Source of the DNA: Acidobacteriota bacterium
Lineage (GTDB): Bacteria > Acidobacteriota > Vicinamibacteria > Vicinamibacterales > UBA2999
DNA: 64,000 bases
Direction: 5' to 3'
Assembly (NCBI GenBank): GCA_021730945.1
Contig: JAKFYH010000035.1
Coordinates: 7,722 to 71,721 of the forward strand
Of this stretch, positions 50,135-59,354 are shown piece after piece; position 1 is the stretch's first letter, and every line of letters begins with the position of its first letter. The translations under genes were made by a program, and so were the position numbers. The notes beneath the pieces were generated by a model. That model did not search any database, had not been told where the DNA came from, and saw only the letters and a program-made list of their open reading frames with translations.

Positions 50135-50610
50135 CGGGCGCCCATGACGACGCCGGAGTGGTCGTTGATGGCGAGCGATGTGCCGATCAGGTTCTTGTTG
50201 CCGGCCGCGGCCTGGTCGAACAGGCGCTTGTGTTCGAGCATCTCGCCGAGCACGACCTTGAGCATCCCCTTGTGACGGGCGTTTGAAACGTCCTCGACCT
50301 TCGCGCGCCACTTCTCCACGAACTGCGCATTGGCTCGCGCATCGTCGGCCGCCAGTTCTTTCCAGGCGTCGCCCTTCGTGGCCGCCACGGTCTGGCGCGC
50401 CGGGTCTGCGGGCAACGCCGCGCCCAGGTCGAGCAGCGCATGCTGGAGCCATGACAGGTGAGTCTCCTCGCGCGCCACGATGTACTGGTAGGCGTTATTG
50501 ATGTCGTAATCCGGCACTTGCCTGGCGACATCCTCGTGCCGCATCAGCAGGCTCGTGCGCTCCAGCAAGAAGTCCCGAATCAGGCCGGCGAGATCGGATG
50601 TGGTGCTCAC
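50119..50610 (-). CDS. hypothetical helical protein (about 163 aa)
   Basis: GTG 50610 forms a GTGA overlap with the DksA-like stop. All-helical sequence by eye (YQYIVAREETHLSWLQHALLDLG...MLKVVLGEMLEHKRLF). No family recognised. Confidence 0.55.
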   Translation of the reverse strand: MSTTSDLAGLIRDFLLERTSLLMRHEDVARQVPDYDINNAYQYIVAREETHLSWLQHALLDLGAALPADPARQTVAATKGDAWKELAADDARANAQFVEKWRAKVEDVSNARHKGMLKVVLGEMLEHKRLFDQAAAGNKNLIGTSLAINDHSGVVMGARWTGQ

Positions 50611-50945
50611 GCTTTTTGCTTCTCTTTGCAGGTGATGCACACCCGCGTCCAGGGAATGGCGTTCAACCGGGCCTCGGCAATGGGCTCGCCGCAATCGCGG
50701 CACAGGCCGAACGCGCCTTTTTCAATGCGCACGAGCGCCTCGTCGATGGCCTGGAGAATCTTGGCATCGGTCTGCTTGAGGCGCAAATGGATATGCACCT
50801 CGTTGTTCCCGGTGGCCTGGTCCGCCATGTCGCCCTGGCGGCCGTTGTTGTGTTCCATCGAACTCTGGAGCGAATTCAGCCCGGCATCTTCCACGAGCTC
50901 GGTCCGCTTCTTGAGCAGAGCGTCCTTATAGACCGCAACGTTCAT
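50607..50945 (-). CDS. TraR/DksA-family C4 zinc-finger protein
   Basis: Coiled-coil N-half and the C-terminal CRDCGEPI...RVCITC four-Cys finger. Confidence 0.88.
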   Translation of the reverse strand: MNVAVYKDALLKKRTELVEDAGLNSLQSSMEHNNGRQGDMADQATGNNEVHIHLRLKQTDAKILQAIDEALVRIEKGAFGLCRDCGEPIAEARLNAIPWTRVCITCKEKQKA

Positions 50946-51081
50946 GTGGCTTCGTACTCCCAGTGCGCCCGTCCGGCGGGGCGCGAATCCCCAATATTAC
51001 CATGCTGACTGAACCGGCGGCCATGGCCGGGAGACCGCGCCGGTCGACGGCATCCGGCGCCGGAGGTGGCCGCGGATCTGC

Positions 51082-53616
51082 TCACTCCGCGCGCAGGGTT
51101 GCGAGGGGCTTGCGTTGCAGCACTTCCCAACTGGAAACGACACCAATGCCCGCGACCAGCAGCGCGGTCAGGATCACCCCGAGGGCCGTGCCGCCCCACA
51201 AGGGCCGGAACGGAATGTCGAGTGCGTAACGACTGACGGCCCACGACAGCCCCATGGCGCCGCCGGCGCCGATACTGCCGGCCAGCAAGCCAAGCAGCCC
51301 GTATTCGATGACCAGCACCGCGGCAATCAGGGCCCGGGTCGCTCCCAGGGTCTTGAAAATCGCCGCTTCGTAGACCCGCCGGAACTTGGTCATCGCCACG
51401 GCGCCTATCAGAATCAACAGGCCGCTGAACAGCACCAGCGTGCCCACGACTGTGACGGCGAGGGTGACATTGTCGACCACCGACTTGATGGTCTCGAGGA
51501 TCTCGCGGCCGTCTATCACCGACACGTTGGGCGCGGCCTCGACCAGCGCCGACTGGAGCCGGCCGCGGGCGCCGGCGTCCTGCGGGCCGCGCAGGAACCC
51601 GATGAAACTGTGCGGCGCCTGGTCGATGACGCCGGGCCGGAACACGAACATGAAGCCGCCGGACCGGCTGTCGGCCCACTCGACCGTCCGCACGCTGGTG
51701 ACCCGCGCCGGGATCACCCGGCCGAGGACATCGAAGCGAATGGTGTCGCCGAGCGTGATCTTGAACTGCTCGCTGATGAACTGCTCGACCGACACTTCGG
51801 CGGTGGCCGACGGCGAAGCGTCCCAGAACTGGCCGGCCACGACCTTCTCGTTGGCTTCGATCGTCTGGCGGTAGGTGACTGTATATTCGCGCGCCAGCGA
51901 ACCGCGGCCGCGCACATCTTCGTAGTTCTCGAGATTCAGTTCCTTGCCCTCGATGCCGACCACCCGGGCACGCAGCACCGGCAACAGGCGCGGCGGCGCC
52001 GCCGCTTCCTCCTGGTTGGCCGTGATGGCCGCGCGCACGCGATCGACCTGGTCGCTTTGGACGTCGAGCAGGAACATGTCCGGCGAGTCCGCCGAGACAT
52101 TCACGGCGAACTGATCGACCAGGTTCTGCTGCAGCGCGCGCACACCCATGATGAAGAAGCAGCCGAGGCCGACGGCCAGCAACACGATTCGCATCTGGCT
52201 GCCGGGACGGCTCAACTGCAGGACGGCGTGACGCAGCGCGAAGGTCCGGGCCCTGGCCAGCGGGGCGACCGCCCGGATGACGAGAATACCGGCCAGGTGC
52301 AGCACCAGCGCGGTGGCGGCGAATCCGGCCGCGACGATCAATCCCACGCGCCAGTTGCCGGCCTGCCACATCGTGAGCAGCACCAACGCGGTCACCACCA
52401 GCGCGGAGACGGCGATCTGGACGGCGTCGGGCCGGCGGCGGCGCGACTCGTCCCTGAGCAGCAGCGAGGGCTTCACATGGCGCACTTCGAGCAGCGGCAC
52501 CAGCGAGAACAGGAGCGACACCAGCATGCCAATGCCAAGTCCCTGGGCCATGGCCGGCACGGTCAGCTCGTAAGCGATGTCGACGCCTGGTGTCGCACCC
52601 GCCAGCAACGACGGAATCGCGCGCATGGCCAGGGCGGCCAGGCCGATGCCGAGAAGGCTTCCCGCCAGCCCCAGGGCGGCGACCTGCGCGACGTAGACCG
52701 CCAGCAGTTGCGACGACCGGCCGCCGACACACTTGAGGACGGCGATGCTCTTCATCTTCTGTTGCACGAACACGCGCGTCACGCTCGACACGCCAATGCC
52801 GCCCAGGATCACAATCACCAGGCCGACCAGGCTGAGGTAGTTCTCGGCCCGCGCGAAGTCCTCGCCGATGTCGTCCTCGGTCGCCTTGTAGGATCGAATT
52901 CGCGCGAACTGGTTGGCGAAGTCCGCCCGCAGGTCGCCGACGAGCAGGTCAAGCGCCGCGTCAGGCACGCGCAGCAGCCGCTGGTGAGTGGCCCGGCTGC
53001 CAAATCCCATCAGGCCCGACCGCTCGAGATCGGCCAGGTCGACGAAGACCCGGGGTCCCATGCTGAAGGCGCCCAGGCGCCGGCCCGGCTCGCTCTCGAT
53101 CACGCCGCGGATGGTATAGGTCTGCGAGCCGATGCTGAGGGTATCGCCGACCTTCACATCCAGTTGCGCCAGCAACTCTGGCCGCACCAGCACGCCGAAC
53201 CCTCGCAGCAGGCCATGGCTGTAGGTCAGCCCCCCCGCGAGGCGCAGGGCGCCGTAGTAGGGAAAGCCCTCTTCCACCGCCCGCAGTTCCACCATGCGCG
53301 CCCGGCCGCCGGGCCGGCCGGCCGGCCGCGTCATGGTCCCCAGTTCGATCGAGCGGATGCTCTCGGCGCCGGCGGCCTGCAACCGCCCATCGATGGTCGC
53401 GGCGAGCTCCGGCTTGATGGGCTGCGTGCTGGTGACGATCGCATCGGCCGTGATCAAGGTGCGCGCCTCGCCGGCAAACGTCTGGCGGACGCTCTGAATC
53501 ACCGACCGCAGCGCGACAATCGCGCCCACGCCAACGGCGATGCAGACAAAGAACACCAGCAGGCGCTGCCACGACGCCCGCATCTCGCGAACCGCCATGA
53601 ACCACACGAACCTCAC
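51082..53616 (-). CDS. ABC transporter permease, YbbP-like (two FtsX-type domains)
   Basis: 844 aa with about 10 TM helices and duplicated FtsX-like four-helix modules. ATGA-type 4-nt overlap with the ATPase gene. Confidence 0.88.
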   Translation of the reverse strand: MRFVWFMAVREMRASWQRLLVFFVCIAVGVGAIVALRSVIQSVRQTFAGEARTLITADAIVTSTQPIKPELAATIDGRLQAAGAESIRSIELGTMTRPAGRPGGRARMVELRAVEEGFPYYGALRLAGGLTYSHGLLRGFGVLVRPELLAQLDVKVGDTLSIGSQTYTIRGVIESEPGRRLGAFSMGPRVFVDLADLERSGLMGFGSRATHQRLLRVPDAALDLLVGDLRADFANQFARIRSYKATEDDIGEDFARAENYLSLVGLVIVILGGIGVSSVTRVFVQQKMKSIAVLKCVGGRSSQLLAVYVAQVAALGLAGSLLGIGLAALAMRAIPSLLAGATPGVDIAYELTVPAMAQGLGIGMLVSLLFSLVPLLEVRHVKPSLLLRDESRRRRPDAVQIAVSALVVTALVLLTMWQAGNWRVGLIVAAGFAATALVLHLAGILVIRAVAPLARARTFALRHAVLQLSRPGSQMRIVLLAVGLGCFFIMGVRALQQNLVDQFAVNVSADSPDMFLLDVQSDQVDRVRAAITANQEEAAAPPRLLPVLRARVVGIEGKELNLENYEDVRGRGSLAREYTVTYRQTIEANEKVVAGQFWDASPSATAEVSVEQFISEQFKITLGDTIRFDVLGRVIPARVTSVRTVEWADSRSGGFMFVFRPGVIDQAPHSFIGFLRGPQDAGARGRLQSALVEAAPNVSVIDGREILETIKSVVDNVTLAVTVVGTLVLFSGLLILIGAVAMTKFRRVYEAAIFKTLGATRALIAAVLVIEYGLLGLLAGSIGAGGAMGLSWAVSRYALDIPFRPLWGGTALGVILTALLVAGIGVVSSWEVLQRKPLATLRAE

Positions 53617-54302
53617 GCGATCACTCCCTGGGCGGTGGTCTCGCCGGCGACCGGACGGCCGTCGCGCAGGACCAACTGCGCGTCGGCGACGGCCGCGACC
53701 GACGGATCGTGCGTCACCATCACGAGGGTCACACGCCGCGACTGGCGTACCTGCAACAGCAAGTCGAGAATGTGCCGGCCGTTGGAACTATCCAGGTTGC
53801 CGGTCGGCTCGTCCGCGAGAATCAGCGGCGGGTCATTGGCCAGCGCCCGCGCGATGGCAATGCGCTGCTGCTCGCCGCCCGACAGCTGCGACGGGTAGTG
53901 ATGGCCGCGGTCATGCAGCCCCACTTCGTCGAGCAAGGCCTGCGCCCGCGCGGCGGCATCGCGGCGGCCGGCAATCTCCATGGGCACCTGGATGTTCTCG
54001 ATCGCCGTCAACGACGGCACCAGATGGAAGAACTGAAAGACGAACCCGACTTTCTCGCCGCGCAGGCGCGCGAGCGCGTCTTCGTCGAGGCTGGTGATCT
54101 CAGTGCCGGCAATCGCAATGGTGCCGGTCGACGCCGAATCGAGGCCGGCGATCAGGCCGAGCAAGGTCGATTTGCCGCTGCCCGACGGGCCAACAATCGC
54201 CAGGCACTGCCCCTCTGGAACATCAAGATCCAGGGGATGCAGGATGGTGAGCGGCTGGCCGCCACTCTGAACGGTCTTGCTGACGCCGCGAAGCTGAATC
54301 AT
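53613..54302 (-). CDS. ABC transporter ATP-binding protein, YbbA/LolD-like
   Basis: GPSGSGKSTLLGL, LSGGEQQRIAIARAL and ILADEPTGNLD. Start trimmed to MIQLRGV (ATG 54302), an ATGA overlap. Confidence 0.92.
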   Translation of the reverse strand: MIQLRGVSKTVQSGGQPLTILHPLDLDVPEGQCLAIVGPSGSGKSTLLGLIAGLDSASTGTIAIAGTEITSLDEDALARLRGEKVGFVFQFFHLVPSLTAIENIQVPMEIAGRRDAAARAQALLDEVGLHDRGHHYPSQLSGGEQQRIAIARALANDPPLILADEPTGNLDSSNGRHILDLLLQVRQSRRVTLVMVTHDPSVAAVADAQLVLRDGRPVAGETTAQGVIA

Positions 54303-54976
54303 AGGGGGTTCAACGCGTCCTTCAGTTCGGACCACACCAGGTCGGCCACCATTTGCGCGCCGCGGACATTGGGGTGAATACCATCGGCCTGGTTCAGTGA
54401 TGGGTTGCCGGCCACGCCGTCCAGAAGAAACGGGATGAACCGGACGGGATACTCACGAGCCAGTTCCGTGTAGACGCCACGGAACTGCCGCGTGTAGTCG
54501 TCACCGAAATTCGGCGGCGCCTCCATCCCGGCGAGGAGAATCGTTATGCCTCTTGCACGCGCCCGATCGAGGATTTGAATCAGGTTGGCCTTCATCTCCG
54601 ATGGCGACAGCCCGCGCAGGCCGTCATTGGCGCCAAGCGCCACCACGAGGACGCGCACGTCACCGTCGAGCGACCACTCCAGCCGCCGCAGGCCGCCGGC
54701 CGAGGTGTCGCCCGAGACGCCGGCATTGATCACTTCGTAGTTGAAACCCTCGCGGACCAGCCGATCGCCAATCAGCGACGGAAAGCTCTGGGCCGCATCG
54801 AGGCCGAGCCCCGCCGTCAGGCTGTCACCGAGAAACACAATGCGCGGACGTACGACGCCCGGGACCGCCGCAGCCGCAGCCGGCGGGGGGCTCGACGGCG
54901 CCGGCGCAGGCGCCTCGCCGCTGCACGCGGCCGCCAACAGTGCGGCACTGACCAGGAACAGGAATCGGCAGCGCAT
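54299..54976 (-). CDS. SGNH/GDSL arylesterase-thioesterase (TesA-like) lipoprotein
   Basis: Lipobox LLAAAC. Block I FLGDSLTAG, block III GANDGL and block V DGIHP. The tesA-ybbA-ybbP neighbourhood is known from E. coli. Confidence 0.88.
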   Translation of the reverse strand: MRCRFLFLVSAALLAAACSGEAPAPAPSSPPPAAAAAVPGVVRPRIVFLGDSLTAGLGLDAAQSFPSLIGDRLVREGFNYEVINAGVSGDTSAGGLRRLEWSLDGDVRVLVVALGANDGLRGLSPSEMKANLIQILDRARARGITILLAGMEAPPNFGDDYTRQFRGVYTELAREYPVRFIPFLLDGVAGNPSLNQADGIHPNVRGAQMVADLVWSELKDALNPL

Positions 54977-55729
54977 TTAAACGACCGCAATCACGAGCGC
55001 GGTCGCGTTGTCCGACGTGCCACGCGTCAACGCTTCTTCCACCAACCTCGCCGCGCGGTCCGGGGCGGTCGACGTGCCCTGCAGCACCTCGCTGATCGCG
55101 GTGCTGTCGAGCCGGCCGTGGACGCCGTCCGAACACAAGACGAACGTGTCGCCGGAGCGCAATTGCTCTTCTCGCGCGCCCGGCTTGACGTCATCGCGCG
55201 TCCCGACCACGGAGGTCAGCACGTGCCGCAGCGGGTGCGTGGCTTCGGCCTGCTCCGCTTCTTTGGCGCCCAGCACCGACGCCAACCACGTGTCGTCCCT
55301 GGTCAACTGCTCCAGGCCGCCGTCGCGCCAGCGATACACGCGGCTGTCGCCGACGCTGGCAAGCGCCATGCGGTCACCCGACACCAACACGGCCACCACC
55401 GTCGTGCCCATGCCGCTCAGTTCGGCATGCCGCGTTCCCTCGGCATAGACCTTGCGATTGGCCAGCCGCACGGCCGTGGTCAACCGATTCAGCTCAATCG
55501 AACTAGCGACTTCGATGCCAAACGGCCAGGTAATGTCGCCGCCGGCCGCGGTGTCGACAATGAACTGGTGAATAGTCTCCACCGCCAGGTGCGAGGCCAC
55601 TTCGCCGGCGTTGTGCCCCCCCATGCCATCGGCCACGACATAGAGGCCCAGATCGGGCCACCATCCAACGTGGTCCTGGTTCATCTTGCGAGGACCCGTC
55701 TCGGTCCGGCTGCCAACGGTCAATTCCAT
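54977..55729 (-). CDS. PP2C-family Ser/Thr protein phosphatase
   Basis: RKMNQDH...VVADGMGGHNAGEVAS...GMGTTVV...LCSDGV...DNATALV. ATG 55729 preferred over TTG 55735. Confidence 0.9.
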   Translation of the reverse strand: MELTVGSRTETGPRKMNQDHVGWWPDLGLYVVADGMGGHNAGEVASHLAVETIHQFIVDTAAGGDITWPFGIEVASSIELNRLTTAVRLANRKVYAEGTRHAELSGMGTTVVAVLVSGDRMALASVGDSRVYRWRDGGLEQLTRDDTWLASVLGAKEAEQAEATHPLRHVLTSVVGTRDDVKPGAREEQLRSGDTFVLCSDGVHGRLDSTAISEVLQGTSTAPDRAARLVEEALTRGTSDNATALVIAVV

Positions 55730-55779
55730 ATGCAAGCTGTCAGGATGAAGGCGACTGGATACTTGGTATACTCGGCGCC

Positions 55780-58737
55780 GTGGCGAATGCAGCTTTGCAG
55801 CCGGTCATCGCGCGCGCCAACACGGCGCTCGAGCGCGGCCAGGCGGCGTCCACCATCGACCTGCTGGCGCCCCTGCTTCGCACGCCGTCTTCGCTCACCC
55901 GCGATGACGAATTGGCCGTCAGGGTCATGTTGGCTGAATCGTACCTCTTGCAGGGGGATCTTGCACAGGCCGGAACGGTGCTGGGCCGCTCGCCCGATGC
56001 CATCCGCGAACCGCTGCCCCAGGTCCTGTACTCCAATCTCTGGCGGCTTCATGGCCGTGTGGCCTTCGCCCGCGGCGAGCAGTCACGGGCCATCGCCCTG
56101 CACAACCGGGCCCTCAAGCAGGCCGAGACGGCCCACGACTCGCGCGCCATCGGCCTGGCCCATTTCTACCTCGGCCAATGCTACCGGCAGGTGGGCGACA
56201 TGGCCATTGTGCGCGAGCACATCGCCGAGGCCGCGGCGGCGCTGCATGCGGCCGGCGACCGGCGTCATCTCGCGATGGTGCACTCGCTATCAGCCGTGAT
56301 GCTGGCGCAGACCGGACGCTACGACGAAGCCAACGCCGCCCTCCGCCAGGCCGAGCGCATGGCCTCGCTGCTGCAGGCCGATGATGTGCTGGCCACCGTC
56401 TATGGCAACCAGGCCAACGTGGCGCTGATTCGGCATCGCTACGAACAGGCCCTGGCGCTGGCCGAACGCGCCGTGAACCTGCATGAGGGCCTCGGACAGG
56501 GGCCGGGGCTATCGGTCGCGCTGGCCACGCTCGGCCAGATCTGCGTGCGCGTCGGCAGCCTCGACCGCGCCGACACCGTGTTGCACCGCGCGCTCGATGT
56601 TCGCAGCGCCATGCAGTTCCACGAGACCACCGGCGCCGTCTACGACACGCTGGCGCAAATGTCGCTGATGCGCGGCGACTACGAGAACGCGGCTGAGTAT
56701 CTGCGGCGGGCGGCCGAAGCCTACGGCGCCTACGGCCGCAACACCAGCCGCTGGTATGAATGGTCGCTGCGGGTCATCACCGCGCGGCTGGCCACCCGGC
56801 GCGGCGAACCAGACGAGGCGCTGGCCATTGCCGACGAGATCGCCAAATCGACCAACGCGCCTCCGGCCGAGACCATCGAGGCCGAGCTGATCGCTGCCGA
56901 GGCGCTGCTGTCGGCCGCCCGGATCGAGGAGGCCGAGCATCGCCTGACCCAGGTGGAATCGCGTCTGGATCCCCGCACGACACCCGGCGCGTGGGGCGAG
57001 TTCCTGCGCCTGCGGGGCGACCTGCGCGCGCGCCAGACCCGCACCACCGAGGCGTACCACGACATTGCCCAGAGTTCGAGCGTGTTCGAACTGGTCGGCG
57101 AACGCTACCAGGCGGCCGTCAGCCAGTTGGCGCTGGCCCGGCTGGCCTCCAAGGCCGGAGCACGGTCGACCGCCGATCGGCACTATCAATATGCCGCACA
57201 GGTCTTCCAGGCCCTGGGGGCGACCCGCGACCTCGAGCAGGTCCAAACCGAGATGGCGGCGGCTCAGCCCACCGGCGCCGGAACGGGCGAGTACGTGGGG
57301 TCCCCGGCGGATGCCGACGACGCCCTCGTCCGAAGGCTCGTAGACGCCGCGGTGATGCCGGACCTGCTGGCCCGCGAGCTGGCGGCCACACTGCTTGAGG
57401 CGGTCACCGCCGACCTCACCGTGGTATTCGTCGACCTGCCCGGCGGCGACGTGCGCGTGATCGCCTGTGCTGGCGGCGACGCCGCCGCCGCGGCCGCCCT
57501 CGCCAAACTGGCGGCACAAGGTGGCACCCACGCGCCCGGCAGTCTCATCGTCGAAGCGATCGGCCGCGAGCCCGATGGCCCCCGGCAGGTCGCGATCGTG
57601 ACCCCGCGCACTTTGGGCCATCCGCTGCTGCGCCGCGTTCGGATGATGGCGGCCGTCGCCCGCCAGGGTTTTGACCTCTGCGGCGTGCGTGATCGGCCAA
57701 CCTCACCGGTCGACTCCACCACTGAACGGCCGCTCGAGCCACTGCTTCCCGGGTTCCTGTGCGCCAGCGCGGCCATGCACAAGGTCGTGGATCAGATCCA
57801 GCGGCTGCAGGGCAACGACCTGACGGTGCTCATCACTGGCGAGAGCGGGACCGGCAAGGAACTGGTCGCCAGGGCGATCCATGTCGGATCGTCGCGCAAC
57901 GCCGCCACCTTCCTGCCGTACAACTGCACGACGACCACACGCGAACTGGCCGACAGCCAGTTGTTTGGCCACCGGCGCGGGTCGTTCACCGGCGCGGTGT
58001 CCGATCAGCCTGGGTTGATTCGCACGGCCACCGGCGGCACGCTGTTCCTCGATGAAGTGGGCGACCTGCCCCTTGATGTCCAGCCGAAGCTGCTGCGATT
58101 CCTCGAGCAAGGCGAGATCATGCCGGTCGGCGAAAATCGGCCGCAGCCAGTGGACGTGCGGGTGTTGGCCGCCACCAACGCCGACCTGGAACAGCGCGTG
58201 GCCGAAGGCAAGTTCCGCGAAGATTTGTACTATCGCCTGAGCGTAATCCGCATCCACGTACCGCCCCTGCGCCAGCGGCGCGAAGAGATTCCGCACCTGA
58301 CCACGTTCTTCCTGCGCGAGGCCTCCGACCGCCTGGGCAAGCCCGACATGCGGCTGAGCGCCGAGGTCCTGGACCTCTTCGCGCAGTACTGGTGGCCTGG
58401 CAACGTGCGACAACTTCGCAATGAGATTCAGCGCGCCGTGGCCATGGCCCCGGCAGGCGGCACGATTGGCCCGGAACACCTGTCGGCCGATCTCACGGCG
58501 GCCGCAGTGGCGCCCGCTTCCGGATCGGCTGGCGGATCGCGCGTGTCGCTGCGTGGCGGCCAGACGCTGGCCACCGTTGTCGACGAGATCGAGCGCGATC
58601 TGATCCGCGAGATGATGAACCGGCACCGCGGCAACATCTCCGAGACCGCCCGGGCACTCGGACTCACACGCCGCGGACTCTATCTGAAACTTCGCCGCCT
58701 CGGCATCGAGGGCGGACCCGAAGTGAATACCAAGTAG
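55780..58737 (+). CDS. sigma54-dependent transcriptional activator with long N-terminal TPR region and a central sensory (GAF-like) segment
   Basis: About 500 aa of TPR-like repeats. AAA+ core (LITGESGTGKELVARAIH, GSFTGA variant of GAFTGA, LFLDEVGDL). C-terminal Fis HTH (GNISETARALGLTRRGLYLKLRRL). Confidence 0.9.
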   Translation: MANAALQPVIARANTALERGQAASTIDLLAPLLRTPSSLTRDDELAVRVMLAESYLLQGDLAQAGTVLGRSPDAIREPLPQVLYSNLWRLHGRVAFARGEQSRAIALHNRALKQAETAHDSRAIGLAHFYLGQCYRQVGDMAIVREHIAEAAAALHAAGDRRHLAMVHSLSAVMLAQTGRYDEANAALRQAERMASLLQADDVLATVYGNQANVALIRHRYEQALALAERAVNLHEGLGQGPGLSVALATLGQICVRVGSLDRADTVLHRALDVRSAMQFHETTGAVYDTLAQMSLMRGDYENAAEYLRRAAEAYGAYGRNTSRWYEWSLRVITARLATRRGEPDEALAIADEIAKSTNAPPAETIEAELIAAEALLSAARIEEAEHRLTQVESRLDPRTTPGAWGEFLRLRGDLRARQTRTTEAYHDIAQSSSVFELVGERYQAAVSQLALARLASKAGARSTADRHYQYAAQVFQALGATRDLEQVQTEMAAAQPTGAGTGEYVGSPADADDALVRRLVDAAVMPDLLARELAATLLEAVTADLTVVFVDLPGGDVRVIACAGGDAAAAAALAKLAAQGGTHAPGSLIVEAIGREPDGPRQVAIVTPRTLGHPLLRRVRMMAAVARQGFDLCGVRDRPTSPVDSTTERPLEPLLPGFLCASAAMHKVVDQIQRLQGNDLTVLITGESGTGKELVARAIHVGSSRNAATFLPYNCTTTTRELADSQLFGHRRGSFTGAVSDQPGLIRTATGGTLFLDEVGDLPLDVQPKLLRFLEQGEIMPVGENRPQPVDVRVLAATNADLEQRVAEGKFREDLYYRLSVIRIHVPPLRQRREEIPHLTTFFLREASDRLGKPDMRLSAEVLDLFAQYWWPGNVRQLRNEIQRAVAMAPAGGTIGPEHLSADLTAAAVAPASGSAGGSRVSLRGGQTLATVVDEIERDLIREMMNRHRGNISETARALGLTRRGLYLKLRRLGIEGGPEVNTK

Positions 58738-58817
58738 CCAATCAGCGCGGTTGGTGGATACCTACTAACCACTCCCTCGCCGGTCTATCCCCTCCAACAA
58801 GTCGTCTCAACGACCTC

Positions 58818-58840
58818 CTTGGCGTTCAAGGAACGCCAAG
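58818..58840 (+). terminator. perfect 10-bp stem-loop 80 nt downstream of the activator gene (terminator or operator candidate, no U-tract)
   Basis: CTTGGCGTTC (58818-58827), loop aag, then GAACGCCAAG (58831-58840). Confidence 0.4.
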
Positions 58841-58946
58841 AGGCCATCGCTGCACGACCTGCACAGATTCGGCGCGGATCTTGGATTGTTCTTGTGCATT
58901 GCAACACCTTGTTCTGAATGCGCGGTCATCCCCTGGGAGTGACGTC

Positions 58947-59354
58947 GTGACTGAGAAAAGAAATCAAACCGGCCGGCACGTGGAACGCTCGTCGGAACGC
59001 CGAGCGCTGGCGTTGCCGGCCCGCCTGACCTGGAAGGACGCCTCAGGCGCCGTGCGCTTCATTTCGGTGATGACGCGCGACATCAGTGCGGCCGGCGTGT
59101 TTGTCGAGTGTGACGCCGGGGCGGCCATTCCGCTCCACCGTCTGGTCTATCTGCAGGTGGAACGCTCGAGCCGGATGGCCGACGCACTGCCGATGCAGCT
59201 ACGCGACGGGCGGCTGCTCTCGGCGGTGTGGCGCGTGGGCCCCTGTCGCCGATCGACCGGCACGCCGTCCGGCTACGCGCTGCGCTTCCTGATGGAGCCG
59301 GGGGCGGCGTCGGTCGCGGTCAGACCGCTGGCGGCCCAGGCCATCGCCGTCTAG
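58947..59354 (+). CDS. PilZ-domain protein
   Basis: RHVER (RxxxR), then 30 residues, then DISAAG (DxSxxG). GGGAG sits 7 nt upstream of GTG 58947. The track ORF starts at TTG 58881. Confidence 0.65.
   Translation: MTEKRNQTGRHVERSSERRALALPARLTWKDASGAVRFISVMTRDISAAGVFVECDAGAAIPLHRLVYLQVERSSRMADALPMQLRDGRLLSAVWRVGPCRRSTGTPSGYALRFLMEPGAASVAVRPLAAQAIAV

Noticed and set aside
55736-55779. TTGCATATG upstream of the PP2C gene as a -12 element.
   Set aside because: There is no TGGCAC-like -24 element at the required spacing, and the TTGCA overlaps the start codon itself.
58881-58900. Sigma54-like TTGGATTGTTCTTGTGCA upstream of the PilZ gene.
   Set aside because: GG and GC are separated by 11 nt instead of the strictly conserved 10, and the flanking bases do not fit TGGCAC/TTGCA.
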